From sequence record MW760841.1: DNA of 64,000 bases; one strand, given 5' to 3'. Shown here piece after piece: positions 35,703 through 45,339 of the stretch (positions within the stretch are counted from its first letter, which is position 1; each line of letters begins with the position of its first letter). A program made the translations under genes and the position numbers. The notes under the pieces are model-generated. The model saw only the letters and a program-made list of their open reading frames with translations. It did not search any database and was not told the origin of the DNA.

Positions 35703-37403
35703 ATGTACGAGATACACATCACGCATACCTCAATGGGGGTGCGAGTGGAGGTGCCAGTCCGGCAGATTGAGATTGCTCTCAAGTCCTGGGCCGAGCAAAA
35801 CCTTCACGCTCCCAAAATGGGGAAAGACCACGGTAGAATAACCGTGGAGCAGGGTGATGGATATTACGCGTACTTGCCTGGTACGAGAACATTCATCTTC
35901 CACAAGACGTTCCTGGAGCAGATTCTGTCTGTTATCAAGAACACCGTTGTCTCACACCGCTTAGACGTCAAGCTTATTGAACATGACGTCACCAAGAACC
36001 GCAAGCAACCCTTTGGTTGTGCGTTTCCCAACCACGGGTTCGACTTAGTGGTCACCGATCCCGATTCCCGCTTCTATTACCAGAACGACGTAGTGGAAGC
36101 TGCACTTGACCCGTTATGGGCACAGGTGATATTTGCCATCCAAACCGGCCGTGGTAAGACGAAGTCTCTCCAGAAGGTCATGGTGAAGATGGGGGTGCGA
36201 ACGGCGCTTATAATGCGTCCTACGTACAAAGACAAATGGATCTTCGACTGCTGCGATGACCCTACCGGTCTGCTGGTCGAAAAAGAACACGTTCTTATCT
36301 GTCAAGGGGTACAGTCGATTTACGACGCCTACGAGATGGGGCAGAACGGTGAGCTGGACGCGAAGGATATCCGCATCATTATTATCCCAACCGTTACGCT
36401 ACAATTGTTCCTGAAAGAGTACATGAACACCTCGGCGACGAACGCCATTAACCTTGATGACTTCTACGACACCTTGGGTGTCGGCCTTGTGGGGTATGAC
36501 GAGGTGCATGAGCACTTCCTCCTGGTTTACCTCAGTGGAGTCATGTTGAATCCGCCAAAGACTGTGGAGATGTCGGCCACACTTGAACCGGGTGCAGCGA
36601 AGGTGTTCATCCGCGAACGGTATAAGGAACGTTTCCCAATCATTAACCGATTGAGTATTCCTTATATTCCTGTTGTAGACGTCCGTGGACTGTACTACAC
36701 CATCGAAGACAAGAAGTTAGCGTGGTGGGCGACGAAGATGTCCCCGTACAACCACAAGGTCTTCGAAGGGAAATTGATGCGAGAGGGCTATCACGTTTCG
36801 TATTGTGAAATGTGGTACGACCTGATCGAGAAGACGTATCTGGCCAATTACGAACCGGGACAGAAAATCATTATCTTGTTCGCCACGGTGGACATGTGTG
36901 AGTTCTTTACCAACTACGTTCGTGAGAAGCTGTCAACGCATCCGAAGTTCTGCGATTTGATGGTGGCGAAGTATAACGGCGGTGATTCGTATGACGATTT
37001 CATCATGGCTGAATTTGGTATCTCCACACCGAACAAAGCTGGGACGGCAATCGACAAACCGGGTACCGTTCACATGTACGTGACCACGCCAATTGATGAC
37101 CAACAGCTCAATGAGCAGATTGCTGGTCGTCCACGTCCTGTTATCTGGGACATGAACCCGAAGGTGTGGTTCGGACATTGCATGAACATCCCGAAACATG
37201 GCACTTACCTGAACTCCCGCATGAACTCCCTGAAAGGGAAAGTGCTGTCGTTCAAAGTGGCCACCTCTCCGTACGTTGTAAGGAAAAGTTATGATAACTC
37301 CTCCACTTCCAGCCGCACCCGAAGCCCCTTACGTCGGCTTGAGTTTAGCAAAGTTTCTCGAAAACGTGCTAAGGGCGTATCCAGGGGTAGAAGACGTCGC
37401 TAA
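35703..37403 (+). CDS. SF2 DExH helicase (phiKZ gp75-like)
   Basis: QTGRGKT, YDEVH, MSAT and QIAGRPR motifs. Confidence 0.88.
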   Translation: MYEIHITHTSMGVRVEVPVRQIEIALKSWAEQNLHAPKMGKDHGRITVEQGDGYYAYLPGTRTFIFHKTFLEQILSVIKNTVVSHRLDVKLIEHDVTKNRKQPFGCAFPNHGFDLVVTDPDSRFYYQNDVVEAALDPLWAQVIFAIQTGRGKTKSLQKVMVKMGVRTALIMRPTYKDKWIFDCCDDPTGLLVEKEHVLICQGVQSIYDAYEMGQNGELDAKDIRIIIIPTVTLQLFLKEYMNTSATNAINLDDFYDTLGVGLVGYDEVHEHFLLVYLSGVMLNPPKTVEMSATLEPGAAKVFIRERYKERFPIINRLSIPYIPVVDVRGLYYTIEDKKLAWWATKMSPYNHKVFEGKLMREGYHVSYCEMWYDLIEKTYLANYEPGQKIIILFATVDMCEFFTNYVREKLSTHPKFCDLMVAKYNGGDSYDDFIMAEFGISTPNKAGTAIDKPGTVHMYVTTPIDDQQLNEQIAGRPRPVIWDMNPKVWFGHCMNIPKHGTYLNSRMNSLKGKVLSFKVATSPYVVRKSYDNSSTSSRTRSPLRRLEFSKVSRKRAKGVSRGRRRR

Positions 37404-37674
37404 GGCTTTGTGTCAGGACCCGAAGATTAATCGGGCCTTTCACTATTACATGGTGACCGAGCACTACGCTGGGCTTTACATCGAACAACGCGGGTTACGC
37501 TACCATGTAACCCGCACTTCGAACATTCGCGGCACTGCTGCGTACGAGCTGTACACTTATGCGCTCTGGACGGATAACCCAGCCGGTAGCGCCGACCAAA
37601 ACCCCAAAATGGCCTATGCTCTCTTCTCTGAGAAATGGCATGATTGGGTGACTGTGCCACACAATGTATCTTAA
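37291..37674 (+). CDS. Hypothetical protein overlapping the helicase 3' end
   Basis: 127-aa ORF, RBS AAGGA. Confidence 0.65.
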   Translation: MITPPLPAAPEAPYVGLSLAKFLENVLRAYPGVEDVAKALCQDPKINRAFHYYMVTEHYAGLYIEQRGLRYHVTRTSNIRGTAAYELYTYALWTDNPAGSADQNPKMAYALFSEKWHDWVTVPHNVS

Positions 37675-37729
37675 TACAGCAGTTGGATATAATGTGTGAA
37701 GTCACCCTGTATTTATAAAGGAAAATCCC

Positions 37730-38338
37730 ATGTCACGTCGTAAGAAACCCGCTGGTTACAATCCTAAGCAAGCTGCCCGTGATGCAATCACCCGCAACAT
37801 GCGCGATATCAACAACGTGGAAGAAATCTTTCGCGGTGAATCTTTAATCCTGTCTGACCGACTGGATACCGAAGCCAAAGCTCTGGAGCTGATTGAGTCT
37901 CCTGAGCTGCGCGATTACCTGACCGGGCACTTCAACCGCACGAAGAATGGCTTCGTCGGTTTGATGGCCGAGTTTAAGCAAAAACTCGCCGCTATCCGTA
38001 CTCCCGCTGATACCGTGGCGTGTCAGTGGATGGATAACCTGAAAGCGAACAAGTGGGATGCCATTAAAGACGCTTACATCCTGGCTGACCTGGAACTGAC
38101 GGGTGCATCCACCGACGTTATCTTCCTCGGCCAGGAATCAACCGCTGCGGCGATTGAGCTGTTCTCCCAGTACGCCTCCCGTACCGGCGCGATGCACCGT
38201 GCGATGCGTATGGGTCTGACCATTCCACAGGTCATCCAGTTCATGGAAGCGGTGGACGAGAACACTACTCCTGCTGCTGACGACTCCGTGGTGGCAGAAG
38301 CCGTAGCTGAGACCAAAGAGGAAGCTGCACATGTCTGA
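37730..38338 (+). CDS. Conserved hypothetical protein
   Basis: 202 aa, RBS AAGGA. Confidence 0.8.
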   Translation: MSRRKKPAGYNPKQAARDAITRNMRDINNVEEIFRGESLILSDRLDTEAKALELIESPELRDYLTGHFNRTKNGFVGLMAEFKQKLAAIRTPADTVACQWMDNLKANKWDAIKDAYILADLELTGASTDVIFLGQESTAAAIELFSQYASRTGAMHRAMRMGLTIPQVIQFMEAVDENTTPAADDSVVAEAVAETKEEAAHV

Positions 38339-40304
38339 ACAGTTTGATCAACGTCCGCAAATGGTGCGGCGTGATGCCCCAGAGGTTACGGAGACGAAGC
38401 CCGTCTTCCAACCTCTGCCTGAGGAGATGATAGCATCCCTGTCAAAAGGGGATGCTATCATGAAGATGCTTCATCTCAATCCCACTTTTTCTTTTGCCGA
38501 AGCCAGTGGTGTTTACGACGATTGGGCTGCTAAACAGCAGGCACCGGTTATTGAGCCAGCGAAAGAAGAAGTGCAACCTGCGGCTGCGGTCTTCGCGCAA
38601 GCGGAGAATGTCGCGGAAGTGAAGCCGGAGAACGTTGCCGCTGCACCGATTACCCCGGTACAGGAACCTGTGAAACAGGCTATCCCGGAAACTATCCGTA
38701 CGCTGCATCAGCACGTTGACCCGGCACCGGTCGCTCCAGTAACATCGGCTCCTGCTGCCCCATTGCCTGAGTCAAACCGTGAAGCACAGCCGACCCTCCC
38801 GGAGACTGTGCCTCATCAAATCAACTTCGGCGCTCACCCTAATCGTGAAGAAATTAGCGAGATGGGGAAAGACGACCCGCATCGTATCTTCACCCAGACC
38901 GATGAACTGGTCGGGACTTTCCGTCCGTTGGCGGCGGAAGAAGAAGCTGCACGTTTCTTCTCGGGTATTCGTCGTAATACCAAAGGTCAGCCAATGTTCG
39001 CCAGCGAAGCCGAAGCGAACAAGTATCAGGTGCTCTCCACTGTCCTGGAACTGACCCCACCGGTGAACGGTAACGGTAAAGCGGTGTTTGATACTGCTCT
39101 GGAACGTAGCGATACGACCTGGACGCAGGGGATGACTCTACCGACCGGCAAACTGGCAGGGCCAGCACAAGACCGTGGTGCCGATGCGAAAGGTGCGCGT
39201 GCCGCATTACGTCGTCGTCGTCAGTCCGGTTCACCGATTTCGGTGTGGCTGCCATCAACCGGTATCTACGTCGGCTTCCGTGCTCCGCTGGAGCGTGAGA
39301 TGTGTGACTTCGATATCCGTCTGGCTACCGAAACCGCAACGCTCGGGATGCAGACCTATGGCCTGCTGCTGTCCTCGATGTCCGGTGTGTATCTGCGTCA
39401 CATGGTTGAACACTCGCTGAACTTTGCGATTGAAACGACCTTTGACTGTCAGGGCAACGACATCAAGACCGCACTGATCGATATCGTCGACCTCGACGAT
39501 TACTGGCTGCTGATTCTCGGCCCAATCATGGCGAAGTTCCCAACCGGGATTCCGTGGAAGCTGGTGTGTGCCAAAGACGACTGTGGTCACGACCGCGATG
39601 TGCGTCTGAACCTGGCGCGTTGTATCCGTATGGCCGATGGCTTGTTCACCGACCTGCACCGTGCAATGAACCAGCGTCAGCGTGGTAAGACCAACCAGAT
39701 TATCGGCCCTGAAGATTATCTGGCTTACCGCAACGACCTGCCGCACAATCCGGCCAGCGTCTTTAAGAATGAAGAAGCGGGACTCACCATCACCTTCGGT
39801 CGCTCCACTATCGGGGATTACCTCGACAGCACCGACCGTTGGCTGGAAGAGATTAACCGTGCCGCCACCGATGCGTTGTCTTCCAACGCCAGCGACTACG
39901 AACGCACCAACTACATCAAGTTGACTGCCGAAGTGCGTCGTCTGACTCGTCACGCTCACCACGTTAAGTCCATTACCGTGGAAGAAGAAGTGAAGGGTGA
40001 AACGGTAGAGACCGTGGAAACCGATCCGGCGAAGATTGTCGAGATTCTGGAAGACATGTCCTCTGACCGTATTTACGTACTGGCCTTTGAGAACGCCCTG
40101 GCGCGTTACAATGACCTGTCACGTATGGCGGTGCTCGGTTACATGGGTCACGCGTGTCCGGCGTGCCAGACGAAGGAAGGCGAAGAAGACGGTCCGTTCC
40201 GTGGTATTGTTACCATCTCTCCGGACAGGGTTTTTTTCGCGCTATCTCGTGTGGTGTCCGAGATACAGAAAGTCTTTTTACAACAGTTCGGAAATATTGG
40301 CTAG
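38331..40304 (+). CDS. T4 gp26-like baseplate hub/tail assembly chaperone domain with a long Pro/Ala-rich N-terminal extension
   Basis: WLPSTGIYVGFRAPLERE, C...DCG...V.LNL, CPAC and a near-terminal VFF resemble the gp26-family pattern as I recall it. Confidence 0.65.
   Translation: MSEQFDQRPQMVRRDAPEVTETKPVFQPLPEEMIASLSKGDAIMKMLHLNPTFSFAEASGVYDDWAAKQQAPVIEPAKEEVQPAAAVFAQAENVAEVKPENVAAAPITPVQEPVKQAIPETIRTLHQHVDPAPVAPVTSAPAAPLPESNREAQPTLPETVPHQINFGAHPNREEISEMGKDDPHRIFTQTDELVGTFRPLAAEEEAARFFSGIRRNTKGQPMFASEAEANKYQVLSTVLELTPPVNGNGKAVFDTALERSDTTWTQGMTLPTGKLAGPAQDRGADAKGARAALRRRRQSGSPISVWLPSTGIYVGFRAPLEREMCDFDIRLATETATLGMQTYGLLLSSMSGVYLRHMVEHSLNFAIETTFDCQGNDIKTALIDIVDLDDYWLLILGPIMAKFPTGIPWKLVCAKDDCGHDRDVRLNLARCIRMADGLFTDLHRAMNQRQRGKTNQIIGPEDYLAYRNDLPHNPASVFKNEEAGLTITFGRSTIGDYLDSTDRWLEEINRAATDALSSNASDYERTNYIKLTAEVRRLTRHAHHVKSITVEEEVKGETVETVETDPAKIVEILEDMSSDRIYVLAFENALARYNDLSRMAVLGYMGHACPACQTKEGEEDGPFRGIVTISPDRVFFALSRVVSEIQKVFLQQFGNIG
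40232..40265 (+). promoter_or_regulatory. Candidate -1 ribosomal frameshift signal
   Basis: In-frame slippery T TTT TTC (40232-40238) followed by hairpin TATCTCG/CGAGATA (40243-40265). Confidence 0.65.
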
Positions 40305-40711
40305 ATGCCGATGATATTCCGTCCGGCGCTATCATTAACGCACTGAAGCTTGATACCACCTCGCTGTTTAAACAGCGCAGTAGCCGACCCATCACGTACC
40401 AGGAGGCACACGATGAGTTGCTGTCCACGTACGACGATGTGATGGGGTTGGAGACGGGTGAGAACAACATCAGTCTGTCTGACTTCGAAAACCCGTTAAT
40501 GGGTTCGTTGTACGAAATCTGGATGTCAACTTATACGCGGGAGAAGATTTGGGACGTGTTCCATATCGACTTCGATGACTTCCTGGAACGACCCAGATGG
40601 AAGATAATGAAAATGCTGGAAGTGGCGAAGCGACGCAACGCCGAGTTAAATCGGATGCAGAACAACGTCATCCCGGAAGATTGGGAAAAGCAACTGACTG
40701 GAAAGATATAA
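40238..40711 (+). CDS. T4 gp51-like chaperone extension, probably reached by -1 frameshift from 38331
   Basis: -1 frame ORF (track 40154..40711) with no good RBS/start; FHIDFDDFLERPRWKIMKMLE pattern. Confidence 0.6.
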   Translation, partial: RAISCGVRDTESLFTTVRKYWLDADDIPSGAIINALKLDTTSLFKQRSSRPITYQEAHDELLSTYDDVMGLETGENNISLSDFENPLMGSLYEIWMSTYTREKIWDVFHIDFDDFLERPRWKIMKMLEVAKRRNAELNRMQNNVIPEDWEKQLTGKI

Positions 40712-40715
40712 AGAA

Positions 40716-40745
40716 CGGGGCTTCGGCCCCTTTCTTTTTTTTTTG
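40716..40745 (+). terminator. Intrinsic terminator
   Basis: GGGGC-TTCG-GCCCC plus T-run. Confidence 0.8.
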
Positions 40746-40778
40746 TGTTGATATGACACCCGCCTTAGGAACGGAACA

Positions 40779-41633
40779 ATGGAAAACTTGTATGACGATT
40801 ACGCTGACGTATTAGGAAAGGTTCGTCAGGAAGTACGCTTAGCACCAATCCTCGACTTGGTGAGCCTGGGAATCGATTACGGCTACGACACGACACTCGC
40901 GGACATTTATTACCAGCCGCTTCCCGAGTCGAACGATGAATGTATTCGCCTGGAAGGAATCATTGTCAGAGTGGCAATGGCCTTAGGGCAACGCCTGGGG
41001 GTTGGCTTCAATCCGCAGGAAGTCTTTAAGAAGCCCAAGGAGACGGTACGTGTCCTCCACGGCCTCCTGGAGAGCTTTGACGAGTTCGAAGACAAAGATG
41101 CACTGTTTGGCATCATGTGCTCTGGCGAGCCGCCACAGTTCATTCTGGAGAACATGGCACGCCATGTCTACGGGGATAACGAACTGCACTTCGAAGATTT
41201 GATTGTGGTGGTGGAACCACGCCTGTTAAACGCCCTGCGCAACATCTTTGCCGCGCAAGCAGCGGAAGACGCGAAGGAAGGGGACACGAACCCACGGATG
41301 GAGCGCATCATTCCGTATCTGCGCCATTACCCGGCCAACCCATCGGCGTTCGTCTTCATGAACCTGCCTGCGGTGGTTGACCTGAACGCGGTCGTGCAGT
41401 CGCTGGACTTTAGCGAAGAGAACGGGGTCTCGGAGATTGACCTGCTGGTCATGTACGCGGTGGGGCTGTCGATTATCGGCCCAGCCGACTATCAAACCGC
41501 CTACGGTCAGCTGGAAGAGAACCTGGCACTGATTAACAACGAAGACCTACCGGAAGGCCCTATCCTGAAAGATGCAATGGAAGGTCTGAAAGCAGTCTAT
41601 GGTGAGGAGCAAGAGAATCATGACGAAGATTGA
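40779..41633 (+). CDS. Conserved hypothetical protein (possibly virion)
   Basis: 284-aa ORF. Confidence 0.75.
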   Translation: MENLYDDYADVLGKVRQEVRLAPILDLVSLGIDYGYDTTLADIYYQPLPESNDECIRLEGIIVRVAMALGQRLGVGFNPQEVFKKPKETVRVLHGLLESFDEFEDKDALFGIMCSGEPPQFILENMARHVYGDNELHFEDLIVVVEPRLLNALRNIFAAQAAEDAKEGDTNPRMERIIPYLRHYPANPSAFVFMNLPAVVDLNAVVQSLDFSEENGVSEIDLLVMYAVGLSIIGPADYQTAYGQLEENLALINNEDLPEGPILKDAMEGLKAVYGEEQENHDED

Positions 41634-42924
41634 GTACCTGTATGCTGCCTGTAAGTCCGGGGCCTGGAAGCGCCTGGTGTGGCGCATGGGTATCTTTAAC
41701 GTCTGTATCTTCCCGGAAGACGGCGAAGGGCCAGTGTCGTACGACCTGACGTTTATCGATGGCATGCCGCACTACTGGGTCGCCTCTGACGATGACAGTC
41801 CGGCGGAATGGGTGGCTATCTCCGACGGGAAGAAAGATGAAGAGCTGTTCTTCCCGGAAACGGTTATCCCGCTGCCGAAAGTCGAATACCCTGGTCTGGA
41901 AGAAGACATCACCACCACAGCGGGGCGTTATGTCCTGAACTGGATTACCATCTACTACGCGTTCGGCACCCGCTTACCGTATCTGCGGGAAAAAGACCCG
42001 ATGTCTTACGCCAAGGTGATGTATGAACGTTGCCTGGATAATGAAGAAGACAATCCGGAAGACGAAGACGCCATTCGCCCAAGCATGGTAGCACGCTTTG
42101 TAAACGGCCTCAGCGAGTTAGCGCCGATGGCTAAGGCAATCTCCCCAACTGGGACGTTGCGCTCGTTCACGGTGCACCCAGACGCGTATAAGCTGCGTGA
42201 TGCGTTACTGCTCAAGCACAAAGACGAACTGGACAACCCGGCGGTCATTGCGATGATTGAAAAGGCGTTGGATGAGCTGGATACCGAATGGTTATCCGGT
42301 GACCAGTCCATTCAGTTCTACGCCTCGAAGAAAGCGCGTATGCGTCGTCGTAAGCTGATGCTGTTCTACGGAATCGAGTCTTCGTTCCACGAAGGGACCG
42401 ACTACACCTTAATCCCAACCGCGTTAGTGGAAGTGGATAAGGCGGGGATGGAAAACCTGGTGGCGAAATACAACTCCATCCGTGACGGTTCGTTCTCGCG
42501 TGGTGCGGAAACCGCGAAAGGTGGGGAACAGGTACGTATCATCCAGATGATTTTCCAGAACCACCGAATCGTCGAAGGGGATTGCGGCACCAAGATTACC
42601 CATGCGGTGTTAGTGACCGATGCCAACGCGGGTCGTTACATCGGTATGAACGCCATGGTGGACGGTAAACCGAAGATGATTACCACCGACTGGATTAACA
42701 GCCAGAAGGGCAAAATCATCCGACTGCGCCGCCCCATCTTATGTCAATTGAAGCATATCGACTGTTGTGCGACCTGTGCTTCGCAAGATAAAGCGAAAGA
42801 ACCCCGCGCAATCGCCGCAGATATCTCCACCGCGTTCTCGAACGTCATGGGTGTGGCGATGGCGAAGATGCACGGCTCCGAAAACATTGTGCGGGAATTC
42901 AAACCGCTACAACACATTACCTAA
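41620..42924 (+). CDS. Virion RNAP beta' C-terminal-type subunit (phiKZ gp80-like)
   Basis: RGAETAKGG, EGDCGT and LC...CCATC Zn motif. Confidence 0.8.
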   Translation: MTKIEYLYAACKSGAWKRLVWRMGIFNVCIFPEDGEGPVSYDLTFIDGMPHYWVASDDDSPAEWVAISDGKKDEELFFPETVIPLPKVEYPGLEEDITTTAGRYVLNWITIYYAFGTRLPYLREKDPMSYAKVMYERCLDNEEDNPEDEDAIRPSMVARFVNGLSELAPMAKAISPTGTLRSFTVHPDAYKLRDALLLKHKDELDNPAVIAMIEKALDELDTEWLSGDQSIQFYASKKARMRRRKLMLFYGIESSFHEGTDYTLIPTALVEVDKAGMENLVAKYNSIRDGSFSRGAETAKGGEQVRIIQMIFQNHRIVEGDCGTKITHAVLVTDANAGRYIGMNAMVDGKPKMITTDWINSQKGKIIRLRRPILCQLKHIDCCATCASQDKAKEPRAIAADISTAFSNVMGVAMAKMHGSENIVREFKPLQHIT

Positions 42925-42934
42925 GGAATATCCC

Positions 42935-43444
42935 ATGAGCGAAGTCGTAAAAGACGAACAGACACAAGCCGTCCGTCCTGTTGCTGCTGTGCGCGCCGTT
43001 GCACCGCAATATGGCCAGGAAGACCAGGCTAAAGTGCAACTCATCACCGAGATGCTGGATGAAGCCGGTGCGGCCGTGGGCCGTAACAAGAAACCGAAAG
43101 CAGAACTGGAAGCCGCTGCCTACAGCAAACTCCACTCCGCTTTCCGTAACCTGTTCACCTTGCGCGGTCAACCGTTCCTCGACGCCTTTGCGGTGTTCGT
43201 GGGGGCAGCGAGCAAACACAAAGCGGGTATCTTCTATACGCCGCTGGCGACCGGCCATCTGGATGACTTCAATGACCGTAACGAACGTGAAACCTTCATG
43301 ATCTTCATTCACATGGTTATCCGTTTCGCCGCGACCACGGACAAAGCGAACTTTGCATCGCGCAATAACGCTGACCGTCTGGCCAATCGTCTGGCCGACC
43401 CGGAACTGCAACAGCTGATTCGCCACGCGTTCCTGGCGGTGTAA
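42935..43444 (+). CDS. Conserved hypothetical protein
   Basis: Track ORF 42767..43444; ATG 42935 after AAGGA. Confidence 0.75.
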   Translation: MSEVVKDEQTQAVRPVAAVRAVAPQYGQEDQAKVQLITEMLDEAGAAVGRNKKPKAELEAAAYSKLHSAFRNLFTLRGQPFLDAFAVFVGAASKHKAGIFYTPLATGHLDDFNDRNERETFMIFIHMVIRFAATTDKANFASRNNADRLANRLADPELQQLIRHAFLAV

Positions 43445-43456
43445 AATAAATAAGAG

Positions 43457-43494
43457 TACCTCACTACCCAAATGGGTAGTGAGGTTTTCTCTTT
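43457..43494. terminator. Bidirectional terminator
   Basis: ACCTCACTACCC-AAAT-GGGTAGTGAGGT plus T-run between convergent genes. Confidence 0.8.
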
Positions 43495-45272
43495 TAAAAG
43501 CCTGAAACGTACTCCGTAGGTGGTTCTTCGTTGGCAACACGTTTGTTGAATGCATCCAACACTTCGTCTTTGCCTGGCAGCAAGAACAGACTGCACGCGA
43601 TATCCATCGCATTCACTTTACCGGCTGTCAGGTTAACGCCCGCTGCACGACGTACGTGCTCTGGAACGCCAGTGATAGACAGCAGTTCAATGATGGTGGT
43701 TTCACGAGACTGGTTCATCATGTTCGTTGCAGACGGGTATGCCTGGGTTAAGTCGGCATCTGCCGCTTGACCACGGAACGCTGAGTAGAAGGTTGGCAGC
43801 TCTTTCAGCACATCCAGCCCGTTCTCCGCATTCATACATGCCGTCAGGGTAACAATCCAACCATCGGTACCGATAACTTCATCGTCGAAGTCGTTACGCA
43901 TCGCCGAGCCCACTGAACCAATGACCAAGTCTTGGGCATACAGGTAGTAGGTAAAGGCCACGCATATTCGTTTCGGTAACGACGGGAAGATATCGTACAT
44001 CGAGTAACCGGCCAGAATCGAGATTGCCGAAGACATGTCGTTCGTCTTCTTATCCAACAACACAATCATCAGGTTATCGAAGATGTTGTAGACGCAATAC
44101 TCCAGCGCATAGTCGCGTTGCGCTTTCAAGTGCCAGTCAAGTTTCTCCTCGTACGGCAGTCCTGGAATGTCGAGTTTGTTTAAGCCTATCTCGCTATCCA
44201 GAATGGCGTTCAGTTTGTACGACGGACGTTGGCCTTCATGCACACGCAGGGAACGGAACAGCACCATGGCATCCACGAAGTAGAACGACGCCATGCAGTA
44301 CAGAACGTGCCACTGTTGTGAAGGAGCTTTGGTCAGTGACTTGGACTCCGTCTTCTTCGATGCCTGGTCTTTCTTGAACCACACACGACGATACTTCTCT
44401 GGCACCGTTGGGTGACAGAACACATCTTCAGGACGAATACCCGCACGGTCTAATGCTTCCATCATACGTGAGATATCGAACTCGTGGTTCCAGGCGGCCA
44501 TTAAGTCCGGCAGACGCACATGAATCTCTTCGAACATACGCTGCACACACAGCCCAGAGTTGAGACATTCGTACGTGAAGATTTTATAACCATCAATCAC
44601 GTTCTTCTCTTTGACTTCGACCTGGTCGGTGAATTTGTTCTTCTCACGGAACTGAACCTTTGAGAGCATCTCTTTCGCTTTCACGATTAAACGCTCTTCC
44701 CAATTCTTGCCCATGCGCATGGCGTAGTCTTTGGTGCAGAAGAAGTGAATCTCGTCATCGAGAACAAAGGACATTAACCATGGGTCACGGCTCTTATCTT
44801 CTTCGCGGGTTTCCACGTCGTACACGCAGATGCGGTTCGGTGTCACCTTGTCTTTCCAGCGAGACATGTACTTCTGTTTGATGTACGTGGTCACCGGTAA
44901 GTCCGCCCAATACACGAACGGCGAAGTACAAATCTGACGCAGCTTCTTACGGGGGTCTGGGAAGGATGCCCCTAAGCCCATTTGAATTGCGTTCCCCATG
45001 TTAGCGTCGGTTGTCCAAATCTCCTGGCAATTCCCTTTCTTTTCGTACTCTTTCTTTTCCTTGTGATTACGGAATTCTTTACGGGTAATGTACACCGGAC
45101 GGCGTACGTTCTCACGGCCTATTAACCGAGGAATAAAGCGCCCATCCTTAGTATGGATGACCTCTTTGACGAGGACAAAATCGTTTTCCTTATCATCATC
45201 GGTCGCGTAGGCAACGTGTTTGCACTCCTTGGCAATGACTTCCTCGGGTGCGTAATATTGATTGCTTTCCAT
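43494..45272 (-). CDS. Split family-B DNA polymerase, 3'-5' exonuclease plus motif A subunit (phiKZ gp82-like)
   Basis: ExoI YDVET, ExoII WNHEFD, ExoIII YCVYNIFD, and PolB motif A-like DLTQAYPS. Confidence 0.85.
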   Translation of the reverse strand: MESNQYYAPEEVIAKECKHVAYATDDDKENDFVLVKEVIHTKDGRFIPRLIGRENVRRPVYITRKEFRNHKEKKEYEKKGNCQEIWTTDANMGNAIQMGLGASFPDPRKKLRQICTSPFVYWADLPVTTYIKQKYMSRWKDKVTPNRICVYDVETREEDKSRDPWLMSFVLDDEIHFFCTKDYAMRMGKNWEERLIVKAKEMLSKVQFREKNKFTDQVEVKEKNVIDGYKIFTYECLNSGLCVQRMFEEIHVRLPDLMAAWNHEFDISRMMEALDRAGIRPEDVFCHPTVPEKYRRVWFKKDQASKKTESKSLTKAPSQQWHVLYCMASFYFVDAMVLFRSLRVHEGQRPSYKLNAILDSEIGLNKLDIPGLPYEEKLDWHLKAQRDYALEYCVYNIFDNLMIVLLDKKTNDMSSAISILAGYSMYDIFPSLPKRICVAFTYYLYAQDLVIGSVGSAMRNDFDDEVIGTDGWIVTLTACMNAENGLDVLKELPTFYSAFRGQAADADLTQAYPSATNMMNQSRETTIIELLSITGVPEHVRRAAGVNLTAGKVNAMDIACSLFLLPGKDEVLDAFNKRVANEEPPTEYVSGF

Positions 45273-45339
45273 CGGTTCTCTCTCATCGATCCAGCCTATA
45301 AGGATCGGTGGTGACGTAAAATCTTAAAGGACACCGGAA

